Source: a virus
IMG/VR virus record: IMGVR_UViG_3300033571_010557
Coordinates: 3,367-67,366 of that record
Length of the DNA: 64,000 nt
Strand: one strand, 5' to 3'
Made by a program: the position numbers and the translations under genes. Below, one piece after another: positions 57,458 to 64,000 of this stretch. Numbering within the stretch: position 1 is the stretch's first letter; each line of letters starts with the position of its first letter. The notes below the pieces were generated by a model. It ran no database searches. It saw nothing but the letters and a program-made list of their open reading frames with translations, and had not been told where the DNA came from.

Positions 57458-58564
57458 ATGAATAGCATCCCCACCATCAAGTCCATCTCCGCCCCCATCT
57501 CCGCCATCTCCTACACCCCGTCTTATCGCGAGAGCGGTGTCCTCACTCCCGCCCGCATCGCGGTCGATGGAATGGAACTGGAGAGCACCAATCGCATGCG
57601 TGATTCGATGCTCGGCCTCATCGGCCAGTCCCACAGCATCTTCCGCCTCTTCTCTCCGACAGAAGTGTTCAACAAGTTCCAGGCCATCAACGGCTCGAAG
57701 GTGGTCAACATCAACTTCGAAGAGGAATCTGGCCGCGCCATCAGCTTCACCAGTGGCTCCAAAGGCATCATCGACTTTGGTAACCTCCGCAACGATGTGA
57801 TCGGCGATGCCGCCGTCTCCTACAAGGATGGCGTGCTCTACACCACTCTGGAGCCATTCCGCACCGAAGGCTTCATCATCAACAACGACCAGCACCTTCC
57901 CCGCCTCTCCCTGCAGATCCCCCTCGATGGTTACGGCAGCATCCAAAGCTGGCTCGCCATGCTCCGTCAGATCTGCTCGAATGGCATGGTTGCCATGGGA
58001 CGCGCCTTCCGCCACACCGTTTCCGTTGGTGATGGTGATAATCCCATCGCCACGGTTCGTCGCTTCAAGAACAGCTTCTACGATGAAGACGGCTACGCTG
58101 ATCTTCGCAACCGCCTCGAAGCTGCTGGAAAGACAGCCGCTTCCATCAGCGAGTTCGTCCGCCTCCTTCGCATCGCTCAATCCGACACCACCAATTTCTC
58201 GATTGGCCTCATCGGTAAGATCGAACAGGCTGTCTCCCAGACGCAGACCTACTACGGCCTCAGCGCCCTGAACGCAATGGACGAGAAGCGCTCCCGCCTC
58301 ACTCCCTCCCTCCTCACGGTGTACGATCTGATCAACATGTCCACTGAGCTTTCCACTCACGTGACTGATAACCCCTACGTCGCTACGAAGCTGCAGGGTC
58401 TGGTCGGTGATTTCCTCAGCAACCAGTTCGATCTGGAAGGTCTGGAGTCCACCATCGAGGTCACCGAGAAGTTCTCCCCTACCTTCTTCGTCAGCGAGGA
58501 AAGCGTTTACGGAGTCAACCGCAGCGGGTTCGGCAATCCTAAGGACCTCGCTCTGGAAGCTTAA
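57458..58564 (+). CDS. DUF932-like protein, highly codon-biased
   Basis: DG.GS......R.ICSNGM motif; own promoter and terminator. Confidence 0.6.
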   Translation: MNSIPTIKSISAPISAISYTPSYRESGVLTPARIAVDGMELESTNRMRDSMLGLIGQSHSIFRLFSPTEVFNKFQAINGSKVVNINFEEESGRAISFTSGSKGIIDFGNLRNDVIGDAAVSYKDGVLYTTLEPFRTEGFIINNDQHLPRLSLQIPLDGYGSIQSWLAMLRQICSNGMVAMGRAFRHTVSVGDGDNPIATVRRFKNSFYDEDGYADLRNRLEAAGKTAASISEFVRLLRIAQSDTTNFSIGLIGKIEQAVSQTQTYYGLSALNAMDEKRSRLTPSLLTVYDLINMSTELSTHVTDNPYVATKLQGLVGDFLSNQFDLEGLESTIEVTEKFSPTFFVSEESVYGVNRSGFGNPKDLALEA

Positions 58565-58580
58565 TTCAGGAGACATGAGA

Positions 58581-58612
58581 GAGGCCGGTCATTCGAAAGG
58601 GTGACCGGCCTC
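58581..58612 (+). terminator. Hairpin terminator
   Basis: GAGGCCGGTCATTC-GAAA-GGGTGACCGGCCTC. Confidence 0.8.
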
Positions 58613-58629
58613 AACGTAGTTATCATTCC

Positions 58630-59075
58630 ATGAAACGGAATGTATCTGAAACCGCCTCCAAGTTCCTCAATATAGTTAGTTCGCCCACTATAGAGATAAG
58701 GGAGCCAGCGGATAAACCAATCACGGACCCATCTAGGTTAGTCCAGGGTGGTTGAGTCCAAGTGGTAAATTATTCGAGACAGGCTCCCATAGGGCTACAG
58801 CGATGAAGATGGTTCAATACGACGACCGAAATTTCTCGCATATGGAACATTTGGAGAGGAACGGGTGGGTTAGGATAGCCATCACAAGAATTGATAACGA
58901 ACACGATATATTTATCACATCTAAGAGCTTGCCTACACAGGCACAACGCAAATTCCTTAAGTCTTATATTGAGAACCATGATCGCAACTTCTTTGGATCA
59001 TGGGATGTAGTTTATCTAGCGCCTGGAGGGCTGAAGGATGATATGCTGGGAACGCTCCCGGAGGAGGAGGGTTAG
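58630..59075 (+). pseudogene. Probable frameshifted gene (58630-58755 plus 58737-59075)
   Basis: ATG with late-type motif; GWLSPSGK continues in the -1 frame, which has no ATG before that motif. Confidence 0.45.
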
Positions 59076-59439
59076 TAGGGGGTGAATAAATGATTTCTTT
59101 GGCCTATGAGCCAATAATTTGACCACAAAGTTAATGATCGAACTCACACATCGCGAATACAGGCTGCTCACCCGAGCGGAATCGGAAGCCAAGGCTAACC
59201 TTGGTATGCACACGGGAGGGCCACACGAGGCTGAATACCGGGTGTTCCTTCAAGACCTCAGACGAGTCATCTTGAAGATCAAGCATGGCGGCAATGAGCG
59301 TCCTGAGAAGGCCCGTCGCCGAGAGAAGAAAGTAACCCAACTGTCAGGGTGGCAAGGGCCTATACCTGATACAGACTACGACGATTGAGAAGCATCGCTG
59401 ATACGACAGGCAGACGACGCACGAGCGCTTCATGAATTG

Positions 59440-59760
59440 ATGAAGACATACCAGGTATACATCGCCAGATGTTCAGATGGATCTTTATATACCGGATTTA
59501 GCGATGACCCGGTGAGAAGATGTCGGGTTCATAACTCGGGAAAGGGTGCCAAGTACACTAGATCAAGGCTTCCTGTTGAATTAGTATGGGTTAGTGAACC
59601 GTACTACGATGTTTCCACAGCCATGTCCTTTGAACGGAGTATAAAGAAAATGAGCAGAAAGAAGAAGCTGAAGATTGTGACACGCGAAACACATGCATGT
59701 CAGCGTCTCGACGATCAAATCCACGCCGAGCAATTGAGTCAGGCGAACCGTCAAAGATGA
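59440..59760 (+). CDS. GIY-YIG nuclease (YhbQ/UPF0213-like) fused to a cassette tail
   Basis: VYIARCSDGSLYTG.SDD..RR...HN.GKGAKYTRSR.PV. Confidence 0.88.
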   Translation: MKTYQVYIARCSDGSLYTGFSDDPVRRCRVHNSGKGAKYTRSRLPVELVWVSEPYYDVSTAMSFERSIKKMSRKKKLKIVTRETHACQRLDDQIHAEQLSQANRQR

Positions 59761-59769
59761 GGCGACCGC

Positions 59770-60036
59770 ATGAGCGCGACTGACCAACATAGCACCCACA
59801 ACGCAACCGCGAATGCGGTTGCCTCCAGCGGCATGGTATGTGCCGCCCGTCGGAAAAAGCCAGCTCGCCACATGAGCGCAAGAAATGCGGATGGCTGGGC
59901 ATGGGTCAAGTGCGGTAGAAAAGCAGTGACCGTGAGTGAGTTTGGCAAACCGCTTTGTCGTCAGTGTTCACATACCGATAAAACTCTGGCGACGGGAGGG
60001 GCGGCGATGCGCTCCGACGAAGCCGGGAAACTCTGA
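59770..60036 (+). CDS. Cassette ORF, Cys-rich
   Basis: Starts and stops within attC-like loops; PLCRQC. Confidence 0.6.
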   Translation: MSATDQHSTHNATANAVASSGMVCAARRKKPARHMSARNADGWAWVKCGRKAVTVSEFGKPLCRQCSHTDKTLATGGAAMRSDEAGKL

Positions 60037-60049
60037 ACTCAAAAATAGC

Positions 60050-60361
60050 ATGGATAAAACAAAACAGACCCCTCCCGTTGCCAGCAGTGCCCTTGTTCGG
60101 CCTTTGCCGAAGTCGGGCGTGGCGGACTGCCCATCTTGCGGTTGCAAACAGACAGTGAAGCGCCACAACGCCGACTGGACATGCTACAAATGCTGGTTCC
60201 ACGAGACGGTCGATGAGGATAAAGAGATGGAACGCGAAATCACTGACATGCTCATGGAGTGCGTCGATTGGCTGGGGCGAAACCCGGCAATAAAACCCGA
60301 TCCTCGCGTGTGGCAACACCTAGCGGTGTATTGGCCGAACGTCAAAAATCAGGCACCATGA
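60050..60361 (+). CDS. Cassette ORF, Zn-ribbon protein
   Basis: MDKTKQ start in the loop; CPSCG...CYKC; ends PNVKNQAP. Confidence 0.65.
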   Translation: MDKTKQTPPVASSALVRPLPKSGVADCPSCGCKQTVKRHNADWTCYKCWFHETVDEDKEMEREITDMLMECVDWLGRNPAIKPDPRVWQHLAVYWPNVKNQAP

Positions 60362-60594
60362 GCACAGGACGACACCAACACGACAGGCAGCCTACGAATG
60401 GTTGCGTGCATTTTTCTTGTTCGCATGCGGCTTGGTGGGATGCTGGATGGTTGCGTTGTCACTACAAATGGATTGGTCCTCATATTTGGATCGAGCATGG
60501 CAAGTTTATGAAGATTGTGACACGCGAAACACATGCATGTCAGCGTCTCGACGATCAAATCCACGCCGAGCAATTGAGTCAGGCGAACGATTAA
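60358..60594 (+). CDS. Cassette ORF
   Basis: ATGA-coupled inside the site; ends QAND. Confidence 0.5.
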   Translation: MSTGRHQHDRQPTNGCVHFSCSHAAWWDAGWLRCHYKWIGPHIWIEHGKFMKIVTRETHACQRLDDQIHAEQLSQAND

Positions 60595-60748
60595 GCGCAG
60601 TGAACCGCGAGCACAAAGCTATGAAAACACCTCAGATGGCTACGAGCGGTTCACGGCCGCGCCTGGTTCGGGCGTGTCCGTGCTGCGGTGTCCGCAAATA
60701 CCCGCACCGAGCATGGTGCCCAAACCCGCCAATCATGCGCCTACCAAA

Positions 60749-60964
60749 ATGAATATCGGAGAGATCATCATTGCCGCCGTCATCCGCGCTGCGGCCATCG
60801 AGAACGCTGTCACGCACGAGGACGGCGGATGGATATTCGTGTGGTCGGCAAACGCAGCAGAGCAGATCGAAGCCGCGCTACACGAGGCTGGCTACACGCT
60901 CTGCCCGAACGTCAAAAATCAGGCACGCGAACCCAGTGCGCCTGATACTGCCAAAACCGAATAG
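60749..60964 (+). CDS. Cassette ORF (second in its cassette, after 60621-60752)
   Basis: MNIGEIII...PNVKNQARE... Confidence 0.6.
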   Translation: MNIGEIIIAAVIRAAAIENAVTHEDGGWIFVWSANAAEQIEAALHEAGYTLCPNVKNQAREPSAPDTAKTE

Positions 60965-61010
60965 AGCGTTGCCTGCATTTTCTTTGTTCTCCGACGATTT
61001 ACCCAAGACT

Positions 61011-61262
61011 ATGGACCCACTACAAGACAACTTCCAAGCACTTCCTGAATGGCTGAAACACGCCTACCACAACGACAGCGCAGTGAATCGCGTCGTCAAA
61101 GACTGGCGCATGACATCGAAGCCGCTCGCTTCTCTCTACGAAAGTCTGGCAATGCGGATGTATGAACTCAAGAACCACTGGCAGGCTACGGCGGAGCATC
61201 ACGCATCTCGTGCGCCCGCTGTTGTCGCGATGCCTTCGGAGAATGACCAAGGTATGCCATGA
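61011..61262 (+). CDS. Cassette ORF
   Basis: MDPLQDNF...SENDQGMP. Confidence 0.65.
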   Translation: MDPLQDNFQALPEWLKHAYHNDSAVNRVVKDWRMTSKPLASLYESLAMRMYELKNHWQATAEHHASRAPAVVAMPSENDQGMP

Positions 61263-61662
61263 ATGCCGCGCCCTCCAGTTCCGTAGCGCCAATGACTCCA
61301 ACGCGGCAGTCATTGGCGTCTCCGTCTGGTTCTGGCGGGGGTTTGCATTGGGCGCAGATCATGGCACGCGATCTTGGCATTGTGTCTGGCTGGCGACGTT
61401 CGCACACAACTCAATGCTCGTCAGTGCGCCAGGCCGAAATCCTGGAAATGTGATTGAGCGGATGCCTGAACTCATCGCCTCTGCGCGGGCGGCATACGGA
61501 CCAAATGCAATCACACGCTGGGACGGCCTGCAATTCCTCGGCGCGGTCTGTGTGCCTAACGCTGCTGCTGAGACACGGCGGGAATAAAACTTTGACCCTG
61601 CTAGAGACTGCATCCCGCCGTTGTCTCTAGCAGCTTTGTTCGGCGGGTTTGGAATCACGACT

Positions 61663-61902
61663 ATGCTAACTGAAATCATACCTGAAATCATCGAAGAACC
61701 AATCAAAGCCGGATGCGCTCCGGGCAACGAAACCATCGGCTACCTCGCCGGTGAAATCTCACGACTACGGGCTGAACTGCGGAACATCGCCACTGCGAAG
61801 CCACGCGAATGGGGAGAGATGTCCGACCAGTTCCAGCCGTGGGCGCAGAATCGCGCAAGGGCCGCGCTGACTCCGCCGAACGTCAAAAATCAGGCACCAT
61901 GA
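61663..61902 (+). CDS. Cassette ORF
   Basis: MLTEII...ARAALTPPNVKNQAP. Confidence 0.65.
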   Translation: MLTEIIPEIIEEPIKAGCAPGNETIGYLAGEISRLRAELRNIATAKPREWGEMSDQFQPWAQNRARAALTPPNVKNQAP

Positions 61903-62017
61903 GTACAGGACGACACCAACACGAGCAGCAACCTTCGAATGGTTGCCTGCATTTATTTTAATTCAGCGATGAAGGCCGAAAATTAGAGTGGACTTCTTCT
62001 TTTCCTAGTTATAGGTT

Positions 62018-63265
62018 ATGGCAGAAGTCCACCCGTTCGATCTTACTAACATAAACAACACTCAGATAAATGATGCAGCGCTCGCTAAGCGTATCATGGT
62101 CGATGTTGGTACCGTTGGTGTTGGAGTGTCAGCGTCTCTTTACGCAACACCGGAGCAGATTCTCCAGATGGGTGCTGACATCGGCTCGACCAACAACGCA
62201 ATATTAAGGTCGAAGCCAAATGGCACGAAGAAGGCAGCTTATTCAGTGGTTACACTGGATGATGTCGGTAACATGGGGGGGATAAACGCTGCCAGATTCT
62301 CCACGAGTCCAACAAGCGTTCCTACCACAGTCGGAACCATGTCGTGGGATGATGGTAATGGATCTCTCTCACTCACGCTGAAGGGTGGCAACGTCAATCA
62401 GGTGATAGGCCAGGATGAAATCCACCTTTGCCATAACTCATCTGCCTCAGTCGCCTTATCGAAGGGGAACGTGGTTAAGATTGTGGGGGCGCAAGGTAAC
62501 AGAATTTCAGTGGCTAAGGCTCAGGCTAATAGTGAGGCCAACTCCGTTCACACTATTGGATTCGTTGCTGAGTCAATTTCCACTCTGTCAGAGGGATTCG
62601 TGATTAGCTCCGGGTTGATCAAAAATCTCGATACCAGATACGACAGTCACGGCTCGTCATTCTCAGCCGGGGATACGGTTTATCTGTCTCCAACTATCGC
62701 CGGTGGCTTCACAAAGACTAAACCTTCGGCACCCGATCAGACGGTAATAATTGGGTTTGTAGTCAGGGTTCATCAGTCTGTCGGGTCTATTTTCATTAAG
62801 GTCGATAATGGATACGAGATAGATGAACTTCATAATGTCAGTTCCACCGGTTCCGGTTCTGCCTTCCTGATCAGGAATGACTCTACCAATCTTTGGGAAG
62901 ACAAGACTCCTGCCTCAGCCAGAGATGTAATAAACGGAGCGGCAACTGCTAACTCGGTAACCACTGCTAACTACACGCCTGCTCTCACGGATGTACAGGA
63001 TTACATACTGATGAATTACACTGGCGGTCCTCAGAGTGTAACTATACCGACCAACGGCTCCGTTCCCTTCCCTGTTGGAACTACCCTGAACATCATTCAA
63101 AAGAGTGAGCAACAAGTAACCATAGAAACATCAGTAGGAGTTATCCTGAGAGTAAGAGGTTACGGAAACGCTATCGCCGGTCAGTGGGGTGTAGCAGTTC
63201 TCATAAAGATAGACACAAATGAGTGGGTGCTCACTGGAGATATAACATACATTCCTATCTCATGA
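62018..63265 (+). CDS. Virion fibre/decoration-type protein
   Basis: Gly/Ser/Thr-rich; A.A.SE...T.G, G..YLSPT.AG..T.TKPSAP, C-terminal T.P...FP.G..I.Q...W...GD; late-type motif upstream. Confidence 0.7.
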   Translation: MAEVHPFDLTNINNTQINDAALAKRIMVDVGTVGVGVSASLYATPEQILQMGADIGSTNNAILRSKPNGTKKAAYSVVTLDDVGNMGGINAARFSTSPTSVPTTVGTMSWDDGNGSLSLTLKGGNVNQVIGQDEIHLCHNSSASVALSKGNVVKIVGAQGNRISVAKAQANSEANSVHTIGFVAESISTLSEGFVISSGLIKNLDTRYDSHGSSFSAGDTVYLSPTIAGGFTKTKPSAPDQTVIIGFVVRVHQSVGSIFIKVDNGYEIDELHNVSSTGSGSAFLIRNDSTNLWEDKTPASARDVINGAATANSVTTANYTPALTDVQDYILMNYTGGPQSVTIPTNGSVPFPVGTTLNIIQKSEQQVTIETSVGVILRVRGYGNAIAGQWGVAVLIKIDTNEWVLTGDITYIPIS

Positions 63266-64000
63266 TTTCCTCAGCCAGAAGAAGATCGATCATAGAAGTT
63301 CAGCCTTACGGTGACTTGAGCGCTTTATATTATGGTGCTATCAATGGTGATGTAGTAAGGCCGATACACTTAAGAATCTTCGACCAGACTTCCAATGGTT
63401 ATGGAATTACCCTTGAACAAGCGGGTGCAGCAAACGGGATGTTGATAATAGAGTCATGCACTAGCAGTCCAGCTGGTCCGTCTTTTATCGACATTAATAT
63501 AGGAGTAGAGCCTATTCCCCCTAGGGTAATAGACATGATAGGTACTGATATCGGGGGTATAAGCAGTAACAGTGGTTATTCTTCCTCACAAACAGTAGTC
63601 CTTAATGGTTATTCAAGATTCAATTCGAAGCCGCATGTTGGTGAGTTAAATTTTCAGTCTCCAAACATTGATTCTCCGCCCATTGCGCTCCTCCAGGCTG
63701 ACAATATCGAGTTCGATGTCGTATACATGAACGGTTCACAAGCCCAGGGTGGAGACAGTGGTACTGGTGGGACCCATGATAACGGAAGTGACGGCGGTGA
63801 TGGTCTCCCAGAGGAAATGTACCAAAGCCCTACAGGTGGAGAGAGCGGTGGGGGCGGTGGTACCGGTGGGAGTGGTGGAGATGCAGGTCCTGGCATTGAC
63901 GCAACTTCTGCTGGGGGGTCTGTTCACATGACTGACTGCGTGAGATCCGAACTCAGACTTCATGGGGGGAATGGTGGCAGTGGAGGGGTAGGCGGATCTG
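63262..64000 (+). CDS. Gly-rich probable fibre protein (3'-truncated)
   Basis: Frame open from ATG 63262 to the window end, GG.GG.GG repeats. Confidence 0.7.
   Translation, partial: MISSARRRSIIEVQPYGDLSALYYGAINGDVVRPIHLRIFDQTSNGYGITLEQAGAANGMLIIESCTSSPAGPSFIDINIGVEPIPPRVIDMIGTDIGGISSNSGYSSSQTVVLNGYSRFNSKPHVGELNFQSPNIDSPPIALLQADNIEFDVVYMNGSQAQGGDSGTGGTHDNGSDGGDGLPEEMYQSPTGGESGGGGGTGGSGGDAGPGIDATSAGGSVHMTDCVRSELRLHGGNGGSGGVGGS

Larger units (their letters stand above)
59669..60588 (+). repeat. Exact 80-bp direct repeat (59669-59748 and 60509-60588)
   Basis: Read directly; both copies end at the AAC of an attC-like core. Confidence 0.95.
59742..61967 (-). mobile_element. Array of eight attC-like sites and seven cassettes, no integrase nearby (CALIN-like)
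   Basis: Sites 59742-59842, 59969-60101, 60334-60425, 60582-60672, 60904-60992, 61238-61335, 61554-61644, 61875-61967 (last degenerate); hairpins with bulged bases and cassette-specific complementary cores. Confidence 0.85.

Noticed and set aside
59440-59760. GIY-YIG gene as the array's recombinase or a homing endonuclease
   Set aside because: It is the short stand-alone YhbQ-like type with no DNA-binding extension, and attC recombination needs a tyrosine recombinase
59669-60588. 80-bp repeat as a DGR template/variable pair
   Set aside because: The copies are identical, with no adenine-specific differences and no reverse transcriptase in the window
60335-61897. Repeated 22-mer as a CRISPR array
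   Set aside because: Spacing is 570-970 bp and coding; the repeats are arms of larger attC-like hairpins
1-64000. Stop-codon reassignment
   Set aside because: Core genes are intact in the standard code, TAA, TAG and TGA all terminate genes, and no suppressor tRNA is present

Overview
This window is part of a large lytic, distantly T4-like myovirus genome using the standard genetic code. It carries head genes (fused prohead protease/scaffold, gp23-like major capsid) and tail genes (gp19-like tube, gp15-like terminator, baseplate and fibre genes). Replication and nucleotide genes include an SbcD-like nuclease, UvsW-like and DnaB-like helicases, nrdB/nrdA and DHFR. There is also a glycosyltransferase/radical-SAM cluster, an M15 endolysin, two tRNAs, a 2H phosphoesterase (Acb1-like) and a long accessory region from about 45 to 62 kb. 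The main discovery is at 56.7-57.1 kb and 59.7-62.0 kb, where ten integron attC-like hairpin sites delimit eight 227-365 bp gene cassettes. The sites lie on the minus strand while the genes lie on the plus strand, so many genes start inside their own attC, read through the crossover (usually an in-frame AAC, Asn) and stop in the next cassette's attC. No integrase is visible in the window. Two promoter classes recur, both apparently giving near-leaderless transcripts. Family assignments come from motif recognition by eye, not from database searches.
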